This document shows, one piece after another, positions 1 through 9,385 of a stretch of 64,000 nucleotides of DNA. The DNA is taken from the NCBI GenBank assembly GCA_036493615.1, contig DASXPL010000002.1, positions 1,995-65,994 on the forward strand, given 5' to 3'. How positions within the stretch are numbered: position 1 is the first letter of the stretch; the number at the start of each line of letters is the position of its first letter. Position numbers and translations under genes: made by a program. Below the pieces are notes generated by a model. That model searched no databases and was not told the origin of the DNA. It was given only the letters and a program-made list of their open reading frames with translations. This DNA comes from Steroidobacteraceae bacterium (GTDB lineage Bacteria > Pseudomonadota > Gammaproteobacteria > Steroidobacterales > Steroidobacteraceae).

Positions 1-1
1 G

Positions 2-838
2 CACGTGATCGCGCTCGAGCGCTTGACGGGAGTGCAGCTGTTTGACCGCCGCCCGCACGCGCTCACCCTCACCAAGGCTGGCCAGCACCTGCTGCCGGCG
101 GTGGCCAAGTCCTTCGACCGCCTCGAATATGCCCTCGACGAGATCCGCAACGAGGGCGCACCGCTGCAGCGGACGCTGCGCGTGCAGATGCCACCGAGTT
201 TCGCCGTACAGCTGGCGGTGCCGATATTGCGGGACTTCCGCCGCGACAGCGCCGGGGTGGACATCGATCTCATCAGCCCGTATGGCGTCGGACCGCCGCT
301 GGGGGATGTGGATGTCGCGGTGGCGTACTCCAAGCCCACGATGACTGACCTGGTGACCGACCTGCTGTGGCCCGTGCGCCTAAGCGTGCTGTGTCATCCG
401 GACATTGCCGCCACCCACCGTGGCAAGGACCTGGGCGCCTTCATCGAGGCGAACGAGATCGTGCACGTGCGCATCGCCGACCTGCCGCGCCACCACATGT
501 GGACGCAGTTCGTGCGTCAGGAAGGCCTCAAGGGAGTGAACATCGAACGTGGCCTGGTGTTCGACACCGCCATTCTCGCCGCGCAGTACGCCCTGGGTGG
601 CCAGGGCATCGCTCTGGTGGACACGCGTCTGTTCGCCGAGCAGATAGGCGCCGGACGGCTGGTCAAGCCATTCGCCGCGACTCTCGATGACGGCTACGGC
701 TACTACCTCACGACCCACCCGGAGGGGCTCGCCGATACGGCCATCGCGCTGTTCCGCTCCTGGCTGATCCGGCGCTTCGGCACCGGCGGCAGCGTACCGG
801 CAACTCCTGCTGTGCAGTTGGCGGTGTCGAACGAATAG
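2..838 (+). CDS. LysR-family transcriptional regulator, 5'-truncated at the window edge (effector-binding domain, GcvA-like)
   Basis: The frame is open from the first base. '...VIALERLTGVQLFDRRPHALTLTKAGQ' is the end of a LysR HTH followed by a LysR substrate-binding domain. The N-terminal HTH is missing. Confidence 0.8.
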   Translation, partial: HVIALERLTGVQLFDRRPHALTLTKAGQHLLPAVAKSFDRLEYALDEIRNEGAPLQRTLRVQMPPSFAVQLAVPILRDFRRDSAGVDIDLISPYGVGPPLGDVDVAVAYSKPTMTDLVTDLLWPVRLSVLCHPDIAATHRGKDLGAFIEANEIVHVRIADLPRHHMWTQFVRQEGLKGVNIERGLVFDTAILAAQYALGGQGIALVDTRLFAEQIGAGRLVKPFAATLDDGYGYYLTTHPEGLADTAIALFRSWLIRRFGTGGSVPATPAVQLAVSNE

Positions 839-871
839 CAACGGCCGGAAGTGGCGCGGGCGCGCTACGGT

Positions 872-1333
872 TCAGGCGATGAAAATCGCCAGCGCATCGG
901 CGGTGAGGGCGGGGCGCTTCTCGCCCTCGATCTCGATGCTGTTGCTCGTCGTGACGAAGTAGCGGCCGCCGCTGCGGGCCTTCACCGACTTCAGCACGAG
1001 GCGGTTGCGCACGCGCTGGCCGGCACGCACCGGCGTCACGAAGCGCACATCGTCGAGCCCATAGTTGACCACGGAGGTCGGGTTGACGCGCGAGACTAGC
1101 ACCTCCATGCCGGTCGGGGCGATCAGGGACAGGGTGAGAAAGCCGTGCGCGATGGCGCTGCCGAACGGACTTTCGCGCGCAGCGCGCTCGGGGTCGACAT
1201 GGATCCACTGGTGATCGCCCGTGCAATGCGCAAACTCCTGGATGCGTGCCTGGTCCAGGGTGATCCACGAGGACACGCCGACTTCCTCACCGACATGCTT
1301 CGCAAGATCCGGGAGCGCAATGATCTGATCCAC
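872..1333 (-). CDS. MaoC-like (R)-specific enoyl-CoA hydratase/dehydratase
   Basis: 153 aa with hot-dog fold motifs: 'FAHCTGDHQWIHVDPERAARESPFGSAIAHGFLTLSL'. Confidence 0.85.
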   Translation of the reverse strand: MDQIIALPDLAKHVGEEVGVSSWITLDQARIQEFAHCTGDHQWIHVDPERAARESPFGSAIAHGFLTLSLIAPTGMEVLVSRVNPTSVVNYGLDDVRFVTPVRAGQRVRNRLVLKSVKARSGGRYFVTTSNSIEIEGEKRPALTADALAIFIA

Positions 1334-1541
1334 AGTCGACCGTCCTCCGAAATGATTCGCTTCTGGGGCGCTGACGTCCCCTGTCAGACGCGGCAGCTTT
1401 TCCAGCGGGACTGAATCTTAGCAAGGCGTGTCCAGCTTGTTGATGCAGACTAGGAGGCGCAGCGGTTGCCTGACATGTTGGCCACGGCGAGGCGCTCGTT
1501 TTAGTTGGAACAGACATAAAGATACGCAATATCAAAAAGAT

Positions 1542-2813
1542 ATGAGTTCTTTCTCCGGTTATTTCTGCTTGGCTGCCGCGAGCCTGACACTAGTGGTAAC
1601 AGCCCCCGCCGAGGTGCTTGCCCAGGGGGCCGATGCTGACGCAACGACCGACATGCAGATGTCGGGCCTGTACGGGCGTTACTCGATGACGCGCGAGGGC
1701 TCCGGCACCAGCTGGCAACCGGATGCGACGCCGATGCAGGGGCTGCAGCAGATGCACGATACGTGGCTGACCATGGAGGCTGGCTTCCTCACTGCCATCT
1801 ACGACGATCAGGGTGGTCTACGCGGTGCAACTCAGACCTTCTCGACCAGCATGCTGATGTTCATGGCGCGGCGCGAACTGACAGACGGCGCGTTCGGGGT
1901 GCGCCTGATGGTCTCTGGTGACCCGCTGATGGGCAAGAGTGGCTACCCGCTGCTGTTCCAAAACGGGGAAACCGCCAACGGGGTCGATCCTTTGATCGAT
2001 CGACAGCATCCGCACGATCTTCTGATGGAGGCGGCCCTGACCTACAGCCACGGCTTCGGGCGCGACAGCTCCGCGTTCGTGTATGCGGCACTTCCCGGCG
2101 AGCCGGCGCTCGGTCCCAACGCTTTCATGCACCGACTGTCGGCACTGGAGAACCCGGAGGCGCCGCTGTCGCATCACTGGCTCGACTCGACCCACATCAG
2201 CTGGGGCGTCGTTACTGCCGGCTACGTGATCGGCGGGGTAAAGCTCGAGGCCTCCGCATTCAACGGCCGAGAGCCTGACGAGGACCGCTACGACATCGAG
2301 GTGCGCGCGCTGGACTCTTATGCCGTGCGTGCTTCGTACAATCCTTCGGAGCGCTGGTCGCTGCAGGGCAGCTTCGGGCGTCTGGCGAGCCCCGAGCAGC
2401 TTGAGCCCACGGTGAGCGTGCGCCGCAGCACCGTTTCAGTGAGCTACAACGCGCCAGTGGCGCGCTGGTGGCAGACGACGCTCGCCTTCGGCCGCAACGT
2501 CCCCTCGGCCGGTGATGCCACGGATGCGTGGTTGCTCGAGTCCTCGGCGGCGGTGTCGCCCGCGCTGACGCTGTTCGCGCGCTACGAGCACGTCGCCAAG
2601 GATGAACTGTTCCTGCCCGCGCAGCCACTCTACGGACAGACCTTCACGATCCAGAAGCTCTCCCTCGGCGGCGTCTACGACTTCGCCCAGGCAGCGCGCA
2701 TCCGCCTTGGCGTCGGCGCGCTGGTGAGTGGCTACGGCTATCCTGCCAGCCTGAACACGAGCTACGGCTCGCACCCGAGTTCCTTCATGGTGTTCATGCG
2801 CGCGCGGTTGTAG
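1542..2813 (+). CDS. Putative outer-membrane beta-barrel protein of unknown function
   Basis: An internal ATG at 1542 gives a signal peptide (MSSFSGYFCLAAASLTLVVTAPAEVLAQG). An AT-rich promoter-like stretch lies just upstream. The C-terminal half has alternating hydrophobic beta-strand patterns. The family is not recognised. Confidence 0.6.
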   Translation: MSSFSGYFCLAAASLTLVVTAPAEVLAQGADADATTDMQMSGLYGRYSMTREGSGTSWQPDATPMQGLQQMHDTWLTMEAGFLTAIYDDQGGLRGATQTFSTSMLMFMARRELTDGAFGVRLMVSGDPLMGKSGYPLLFQNGETANGVDPLIDRQHPHDLLMEAALTYSHGFGRDSSAFVYAALPGEPALGPNAFMHRLSALENPEAPLSHHWLDSTHISWGVVTAGYVIGGVKLEASAFNGREPDEDRYDIEVRALDSYAVRASYNPSERWSLQGSFGRLASPEQLEPTVSVRRSTVSVSYNAPVARWWQTTLAFGRNVPSAGDATDAWLLESSAAVSPALTLFARYEHVAKDELFLPAQPLYGQTFTIQKLSLGGVYDFAQAARIRLGVGALVSGYGYPASLNTSYGSHPSSFMVFMRARL

Positions 2814-2824
2814 CATCGCCTGCC

Positions 2825-3784
2825 ATGAACACCTTTCACGCGACGCGCAGACAGATTCTGGCGGGTGGTATCGCTGGCATGACTACTCTGATGGCACCCT
2901 GGGCGGCAGCCAGCGGCGCACCGACCGATCCCGCGGCGGCTGCGGGGACGCTAACGATCGGCGGGGACCTCACCGTCAATCGCATGGGCTTCGGCGCCAT
3001 GCGCCTCACCGGCGAGGGCATCTGGGGCCAGCCGAAGGATCCGGCGGAGGCGCGCCGTGTGCTCAAGCGCTCGCTCGAGCTGGGTGTGAACTTCATCGAC
3101 ACTGCGGATGCGTACGGCCCGAACGTCGACGAGGACCTGATCGCCGCAGCGCTTTACCCGTATCCGCGCGGTCTGGTGATTGCCACCAAGGGTGGCCATA
3201 CCCGTCCCAGCCGCGGGCAGTGGGTGCCGGACGGGCGCCCGGAACACCTGCGCGCCGCCTGCGAGGGCAGTCTCAAGAGGCTCCGGCTCGAGCGCATCGA
3301 TCTGTACCAGTTTCACACCATCGATTCGAAGGTGGCGCTCGAGGATTCCATCGGTGAACTTGCGCGTCTGCAGAAGGAGGGCAAGATCCGCCACGTGGGG
3401 GTATCCAACTTCAACGTGGACGAGTTGACGCGGGCCCAGCGCATCGTGCCGATCGTCTCGGTGCAGAATCGCTACAACGCCTCGGACCGCAGCTCGCAGT
3501 CAGTGCTCGAGGCGTGCACGCGGCAAAAGCTGGCATTCATCCCCTGGGCACCGGTCGCCAGCGGGTCGGCTGCGAAGCTGGAGAAGGAAAATCAGGGCAA
3601 GGGACTGGAGGCGGTGGCCCAGGCGCGCGGCATCAGCGTGTTCCAGGTGGCGATCGCCTGGCTGCTCGGGCAGTCACCGGTGATGTTGCCGATCCCCGGG
3701 ACCTCCTCGGTCGAACACCTGCAGCAGAACATCGCAGCCGCGGCCATCAAGCTGTCGCCGGCGGAACTGGCCGCCATCGGCTGA
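2825..3784 (+). CDS. Aldo/keto reductase with twin-arginine (Tat) signal peptide
   Basis: N-terminal 'TRRQILAGGIAGMTTLMAPWAAASG' is Tat-like. AKR motifs are 'GVNFIDTADAYG' and 'IDLYQFH'. It starts 12 nt after the preceding outer-membrane protein gene. Confidence 0.85.
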   Translation: MNTFHATRRQILAGGIAGMTTLMAPWAAASGAPTDPAAAAGTLTIGGDLTVNRMGFGAMRLTGEGIWGQPKDPAEARRVLKRSLELGVNFIDTADAYGPNVDEDLIAAALYPYPRGLVIATKGGHTRPSRGQWVPDGRPEHLRAACEGSLKRLRLERIDLYQFHTIDSKVALEDSIGELARLQKEGKIRHVGVSNFNVDELTRAQRIVPIVSVQNRYNASDRSSQSVLEACTRQKLAFIPWAPVASGSAAKLEKENQGKGLEAVAQARGISVFQVAIAWLLGQSPVMLPIPGTSSVEHLQQNIAAAAIKLSPAELAAIG

Positions 3785-3837
3785 AGGCCACGCAGGCGGA
3801 TGCCCCGGGCACCCGCCTGCGTGGCGCCTCATCACCA

Positions 3838-4212
3838 CTAGCCCTGGGGAGGCTTGGTGTTCAAAAGCGCTGCCAGCTGCGAGCTGTGCACCGTGCCCAC
3901 GGCCTGAGCGATCGCCTCGCGCTGACAGACCTGGCTGGCGGCCACTGCGCCCAGGTCGCGGATGTCCCCGGCACTGCACACGCTACGTGCGGCATGCGTG
4001 ATGCGCGCGTACAGCGCATGCGCGCCTTCGGCAGTTGCGAGGTTGAGGTCGCGGTAGCTGACGGTGACGGCATTGCCGGGCCGCGCGGACTGGGCGACGG
4101 CGCAGGCCTCTCCAGCCTGCACGCTGGCGCAGGCACCGACGGCGACGGAGGCAGTGATCAGGGTGTACAGCGCCGCGCGGGTGCGGAACGATTTGGAAGT
4201 GACAGTGTTCAT
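3838..4212 (-). CDS. UrcA-family secreted protein
   Basis: An internal ATG at 4212 is preceded by GGAGAGG. It has a signal peptide and 'VSYRDLNLATAEGAHALYARITHAARSVCS', typical of the UrcA family. Confidence 0.7.
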   Translation of the reverse strand: MNTVTSKSFRTRAALYTLITASVAVGACASVQAGEACAVAQSARPGNAVTVSYRDLNLATAEGAHALYARITHAARSVCSAGDIRDLGAVAASQVCQREAIAQAVGTVHSSQLAALLNTKPPQG

Positions 4213-4549
4213 GAGGCCTCTCCGGTTTGATGTGGGTCGTCGCGACGCACTGTGCGTGACGTGTGCGTATGAGACGCCTCGGCACGGCAGGCGCGAAGGG
4301 TGCAAACCGCGTACTGATCCCTGTGGTTGACGTGTTCGTACCGGAACGCGCGAGCTGGACGGAGGGCGCGCGCTGCAGGCGGCGGGCAAGGCCCTGACGA
4401 GGTTTCCGCTGGTCGCGCGGACTCGTCCCTGCCGCCTACGGCTTCGTCCCTGTGCGCACCTCATTACGCTGACCGCGCGGGCGTTTCCGGCGTACGCTAG
4501 CTCCGATGGGGCTCTGCGGCCCTAGGAAGACGGAGTCGATACAGACAAC

Positions 4550-5761
4550 ATGAGTGCCTCTCCCCTGGAACCGGTGCGGCCGGGATGGCTGGCCCTCGGC
4601 GGCCTGGCGGCGGCGCCGGCCGCTGCGGCCGGCACGCGCTTCATGCCCTACGTGTGGGTGCTGACCGCGTTCTGGGTGTACGTGGCGGTCGCCAACCTCC
4701 TGTACGCAAACAACATGCAGGCGAGCCTGTCCTCGATGCACATCGAGGACGTGTTCGCACCCTCGGGGGCGCGTCTGCTGCAGCACCTGTTCATGTATCC
4801 GCTGTTCATCCTGTGCATGTGGCGCTCACTGCGCACCGGCTGGGTGCCGCTGTGGCGCGTGCTGCCCGTGCAGCTGCTGTTTGCCCTGGTGTTTGCCGTG
4901 CTTGCCTCACCGGCGCTGGTGCTGGGTGAGACGCTGACCAGCACCTGGCACGGCTCGCAGGGACACCAGATGAACTCCTGGAGTGACTTCTTCTCCGGGC
5001 CGGAGATTCCCACCTGGATCGCGAGCGCCACCAACTTCCTGGTCAGCTATTGCTTCGGGATCGCGCTGGCCAACGGGCTGGCCTTCTACCAGCGCCTGCG
5101 CGATGCGCAGCTGCGTGCCAGTGCGCTGGAGCGCGCGCTCACCCAGGCGCATCTGGCGGCCCTGCGCATGCAGCTGTCCCCGCACACCCTGTTCAACCTG
5201 CTGCACACGATTCGCGGGCAGATCGCCTGGGATCCGCCGGCGGCGCAGACGATGGTGGTGCAGCTCGGGGATCTGCTGCGTCGCCTGCTGAGCGCTGGTG
5301 AGCGCGAGTTCTCGCGCCTCAGCGATGAGCTGCAGTTCGTCAGCCTGTATCTGGAGCTGCAGCAGAAGCGCTTTGCGGATCGGCTCGCCGTGTCCGTGCC
5401 CGCGCGTGGCGGCCTGCCCCTGGTATGGGTACCGAGCCTGATCCTGCAGCCCCTGGTTGAGAACGCGGTGGTGCATGGCATGGCCGGGCACGAGGAGCCG
5501 GTCAGGATCAGCGTCGAGGCTGAGGTGTCCGGGGAGACCTTGACCCTGCGCGTCTCCAACACCATGGCGCCTGATAAGAGCACCGCGCCCATCGGCATTG
5601 GTCTGGCCAACGTGCGCGAGCGCCTGCAGGTGCAGTTCGGCGCGCGGGCGAGCTTCACTGCAGCGCCGGCAGGTCCCGCGCTGTGGGTGGCGCAGATCGT
5701 GATGCCGCTGCTGCGCGACGGCCCGGAGGTGGTGCGCACCGAGCCGGGCGTCGCGCGTTGA
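4550..5761 (+). CDS. LytS/YehU-type sensor histidine kinase
   Basis: Multi-transmembrane N-terminus, then the His_kinase motif 'LRMQLSPHTLFNLLHTI' and an HATPase region 'LILQPLVENAVVHG'. The stop overlaps the response-regulator start (TGATG). Confidence 0.9.
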   Translation: MSASPLEPVRPGWLALGGLAAAPAAAAGTRFMPYVWVLTAFWVYVAVANLLYANNMQASLSSMHIEDVFAPSGARLLQHLFMYPLFILCMWRSLRTGWVPLWRVLPVQLLFALVFAVLASPALVLGETLTSTWHGSQGHQMNSWSDFFSGPEIPTWIASATNFLVSYCFGIALANGLAFYQRLRDAQLRASALERALTQAHLAALRMQLSPHTLFNLLHTIRGQIAWDPPAAQTMVVQLGDLLRRLLSAGEREFSRLSDELQFVSLYLELQQKRFADRLAVSVPARGGLPLVWVPSLILQPLVENAVVHGMAGHEEPVRISVEAEVSGETLTLRVSNTMAPDKSTAPIGIGLANVRERLQVQFGARASFTAAPAGPALWVAQIVMPLLRDGPEVVRTEPGVAR

Positions 5762-6546
5762 TGGACGTCATCATCGTGGACGACGAGCCGGCCGCGCGGC
5801 GCAGCGTGCGCGAGGGCTGCGCCCGCGAGCCTGACCTCAACGTGACCGGCGAGTATGGCGATGCGCGCGCGGCCCTCGAGGCGATTCGCATCAAGCCGCC
5901 CCAGGTGCTGTTCCTGGACATCCAGATGGACTCGATGACCGGAATGGAGCTGGCGCGGGCGCTCGACCCGCTGACCCTGCCGTTGATCGTCTTCGTCACC
6001 GCCTACGATCACTACGCGCTCGAGGCCTTCGAGGTGAGCGCGGTCGATTACCTGCTCAAGCCCTTCGACGATGCGCGCTTCCAGGCAACGGCGGCGCGCG
6101 TGCGCCGCCGTCACGAGGCGGCCGGCAGCTTCGATCGGCAGGGGGCGCTTGCGACCCTGCTAGAGCAACTGGACAGCCGCAGCCGCGCGCGCAGCGATGC
6201 CCAGCCGCGCGTGCTCGCCGAGAGCGGTGGTCGCATGCACATGCTCGAGGTGGCGCAGGTGGAACTGGTCGAAGCGGACCGCAATTACGTGCGCCTCGTG
6301 ATCGGCCGCGACACTTTCCACGCCCGCAGCACGCTGGCGCAGGCGGAGAAGTCCTTTCAAGGCCAGCCCATGCTGCGCATCAGCCGCTCCTGTCTGGTCA
6401 ACACACAACACGTACGCGAGATCAGCCGCACCCCGCGCGGTGACTTTATCCTGGTGGTCGCCGGCGGCACCACGGTGACCAGCTCGGAAGGCTACCGCGA
6501 GCCGGTGCGCCAGTACTTCGAGCGTCTGAAGCTCGCTCCCGGCTAA
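5761..6546 (+). CDS. LytTR-family DNA-binding response regulator
   Basis: Receiver domain 'MDVIIVDDEPAARRSV...LFLDIQMDSMTGMELA' plus a C-terminal LytTR domain ('MLRISRSCLVNTQHVREI'). Confidence 0.9.
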   Translation: MDVIIVDDEPAARRSVREGCAREPDLNVTGEYGDARAALEAIRIKPPQVLFLDIQMDSMTGMELARALDPLTLPLIVFVTAYDHYALEAFEVSAVDYLLKPFDDARFQATAARVRRRHEAAGSFDRQGALATLLEQLDSRSRARSDAQPRVLAESGGRMHMLEVAQVELVEADRNYVRLVIGRDTFHARSTLAQAEKSFQGQPMLRISRSCLVNTQHVREISRTPRGDFILVVAGGTTVTSSEGYREPVRQYFERLKLAPG

Positions 6547-6560
6547 GGCGGCAGGGTACA

Positions 6561-7850
6561 GTGGTGGCCGTGGCCACCGCCGATTCCGCGACCCCCGTGA
6601 ACTCCGCCGGCGCCGTCTCGCGCCACGCAGCGCTTTGGACCCTCGGGGTGTTCACGGCGATCAACCTGCTCAATTATCTCGACCGCTTCATCATCTCGCC
6701 GCTGCTGCCGGTGCTGAAGCGCGAGATGGGCCTCTCCGACACGCAGCTCGGGGCACTCGTGCCGGCCTTCATGCTGGTGTACATGTTCGCCGCTCCCGCC
6801 TTCGGGGCCTGGGGTGACCGCCGCTCGCGCACGCGTGCGATCAGCCTGGGCGTCGGGCTGTGGAGCATCGCCACGATGCTGGCTGGGTTCGCGCACGGCT
6901 ACTCGCACCTGCTGGCCGCGCGCGCCGTGGTCGGCATCGGCGAGGCGGCCTTCGTGGCCATCGCCGCGGCGATGCTCGCGGACCTTTTCCCGGCGCGTGA
7001 TCGTGGCCGGGTGTACGCGGTGCTGAACATGGCGATCCCGGTCGGATCTGCGCTCGGGTTCATTCTCGGTGGCGTGATCGGGCACCACTATGGCTGGCGT
7101 GCAGCGTTCTTTGTGGCCGGTGCCCCGGGACTGGCGCTGGCGCTGGCGGTGCTTTGGATGAAGGATCCCCCGCGCGGGGCGCAGGATGCGCTGCCGCGGG
7201 TGCAGGTGGCGGCCGGGCAGGGCCCGGTGGCGATGTACGTAAGCTTGCTGCGGCGCTGGCCGTACATGCTGGTCGTTGCAGGTTATGCCGCCTACACCTT
7301 TGCCCTGGGGGGACTGGCCTACTGGATGCCGACCTTCCTGGAGCGGGTGCGCGGCATCCCCATCGAGAAGGCTTCGGTGAGCTTTGGCGAGATCGTGGTC
7401 ATCACCGGCTTCGTCGGCACCTTCGCCGGCGGATGGATCTCCGACTACCTGTTGCGCTATTCGCGCCAGGCCTATCTGTGGTTCTCCGGGGCGGTCACGG
7501 TGCTGGCGGCGCCGGCGGCTTACCTGGCGCTGTCGGCATCCTCAAGCGCGGTGTACATGCCGGCGATCGTGGTAGCCGAAGTGCTGCTGTTCATGTCCAC
7601 CGGACCTATCAACGCGGCCATCGTCAACGTGGTCTCGCCGCTGGAGCGCGCCTCGGCGGTGGCGCTGAGCATGTTCATGATCCATCTCCTGGGCGATGTG
7701 CCCTCGCCGCTGCTGATCGGCTACCTGTCGGATCACGGCGGATCGCTGGGGCGCGCCGTGCTGATCGTGCCGCTGGCGGTGTTGGTCGGAGGGCTGGTGT
7801 GGCTGCTGGCCGCCCGTGTGAACGCGCGCACCACTACGGCGCGCGCGTGA
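6561..7850 (+). CDS. MFS transporter (Spinster-like)
   Basis: Contains 'FTAINLLNYLDRFIISPLLPVLKREMGLSDTQLG' and 'GAWGDRRSR'. About 12 hydrophobic segments. GTG start. Confidence 0.85.
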   Translation: MVAVATADSATPVNSAGAVSRHAALWTLGVFTAINLLNYLDRFIISPLLPVLKREMGLSDTQLGALVPAFMLVYMFAAPAFGAWGDRRSRTRAISLGVGLWSIATMLAGFAHGYSHLLAARAVVGIGEAAFVAIAAAMLADLFPARDRGRVYAVLNMAIPVGSALGFILGGVIGHHYGWRAAFFVAGAPGLALALAVLWMKDPPRGAQDALPRVQVAAGQGPVAMYVSLLRRWPYMLVVAGYAAYTFALGGLAYWMPTFLERVRGIPIEKASVSFGEIVVITGFVGTFAGGWISDYLLRYSRQAYLWFSGAVTVLAAPAAYLALSASSSAVYMPAIVVAEVLLFMSTGPINAAIVNVVSPLERASAVALSMFMIHLLGDVPSPLLIGYLSDHGGSLGRAVLIVPLAVLVGGLVWLLAARVNARTTTARA

Positions 7851-8428
7851 ACCGCGGCGGCGGCGCGGCGTTGGCGTCACCGGCGCTGCGGCCGCTTGCA
7901 ACCCAGACCCGCACGCAGATCGAGGAGCGCCTCGCGGCCGCGCTGGCCGCCGCCGACGGGCAGCAGGGAGCGCACTGCATCCATGAGCTGTGGATGCGCG
8001 GGGAGTTCTCCACCCGCATCGAACTGGCGCTCGAACGACTCTGGCAGCACGCGGCAGCCTCGATCCCCGAATGGCTGCCCATGCGCTACATCGACTGTCT
8101 GCCGGTGATCTACGAGGTGGCGCTGCGCTTCCGCGCGCAGCGCCGGGGCCGCTCGAACCTGTACCTGGTGCTCCTGGACTACGCGGACCGCACGCGCGGG
8201 CCATTCGGGGTCTACGTCGGCATGAGCTCCTACTCTCCGGCACAACGCTTCGACCAGCACAAGAACGGGATCCGCGCCGCCGGCAGCGTCCTCAAGCGCG
8301 GGCTGGAGGTGCTCACCGGACCCACATTGCACCTGCAGCGCATCGCCCGCGCCGAGGCGCGGCTGCTGGAAGGCTCGCTGGCCGAGGCGCTGGCGGATGC
8401 CGGCCTCCTGGTGGACGGCGGTCACTGA
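7847..8428 (+). CDS. Hypothetical protein with a possible degenerate GIY-YIG-like C-terminal half
   Basis: A coding-like tail of a long ORF frame. A GTG at 7847 overlaps the MFS stop (GTGA). 'NLYLVLLDY...GVYVGMSSYSPAQRFDQHKNG...E' resembles the GIY...YIG...R...H...E layout. The start is uncertain. Confidence 0.5.
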   Translation: MNRGGGAALASPALRPLATQTRTQIEERLAAALAAADGQQGAHCIHELWMRGEFSTRIELALERLWQHAAASIPEWLPMRYIDCLPVIYEVALRFRAQRRGRSNLYLVLLDYADRTRGPFGVYVGMSSYSPAQRFDQHKNGIRAAGSVLKRGLEVLTGPTLHLQRIARAEARLLEGSLAEALADAGLLVDGGH

Positions 8429-8431
8429 TGA

Positions 8432-9208
8432 TCAGCGCGTCACGAAGGCGCGCTCGATGAGGTAATCGCCGGGCGCGCCGATCCCTTCGGAGGCGCGCAG
8501 CCCCTGCGCGTCCAGCAGCGCGCAGGTGTCGGCGAGCATGGCCGCACTGCCACACACCATGGCGCGGTCGGTGGCCGCTTCGAGCGCCGGTATGCCAAGG
8601 TCCGCGAACAGGGCGCCGGAGTCCATGCGCTGCGTGAGGCGCCCGCGGTGGACATGCGGTTCGCGCGTCACGCACGGGTAGTACAAAAGCTGCGAACGCG
8701 CCGCCGCACCGAGCACCTCGTGCTCCTGCAGGCGGCGGATCTGGCTCTCGATCACCGCGCTCTCACTGGCCCAGCGCACTCCGTGCACCAGGATCACCTG
8801 CGCGAAGCGTTCGTAGACTTCGGGGTCCTTGATGAGTGCCATGAAGGGTGCGGCGCCGGTGCCGGTGCTCAACAGGAACAGGCGGCGACCGGGGTTCAGG
8901 TCCGGCAGCAGCAGCGTCCCGGTGGGCTTGCGGCTGACGAGGACCTCGTCGCCGCTTCGGATGTGCTGCAGGCGCGAGGTGAGCGGGCCGCCTGGCACCT
9001 TGATGCTGAGGAACTCCAGGTGCTCCTCGTGGTTGGCGCTGGCGATGCTGTAGGCGCGCAGCAAGGGTCGCTCGGCACCGGCCAGGCCCACCATTACAAA
9101 CTGCCCGTTCTCGAAGCGCAGGCCCGGAGCGCGGGTGGTGGTGAAGGTAAACTGGCTCGGCGTCCAGTGCCGCACCGACAGTACCCGCTCCGCGCCGACG
9201 TTCGCCAT
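8432..9208 (-). CDS. fpr: Ferredoxin--NADP(+) reductase
   Basis: 258 aa with 'RAYSIAS', 'LLSTGTGAAPF' and a C-terminal 'GDYLIERAFV'. GGAGGA lies upstream of the ATG at 9208. Confidence 0.9.
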   Translation of the reverse strand: MANVGAERVLSVRHWTPSQFTFTTTRAPGLRFENGQFVMVGLAGAERPLLRAYSIASANHEEHLEFLSIKVPGGPLTSRLQHIRSGDEVLVSRKPTGTLLLPDLNPGRRLFLLSTGTGAAPFMALIKDPEVYERFAQVILVHGVRWASESAVIESQIRRLQEHEVLGAAARSQLLYYPCVTREPHVHRGRLTQRMDSGALFADLGIPALEAATDRAMVCGSAAMLADTCALLDAQGLRASEGIGAPGDYLIERAFVTR

Positions 9209-9385
9209 GAATCCTCCACCGTGTTGCCGAGGGAGCCATGCTAGCGTCCACAGCAAAGGGCGTCGGACCTTCGGGTCATGGCCACAGAAGCGCCTGTTAT
9301 GAGGAGCCGGACACAGTGCTCACTCCCTAAGGCGGCGGCGCGCAGTACACTGCCGGCCACGAACCCAACGCTGCGCTCTTCCAGG

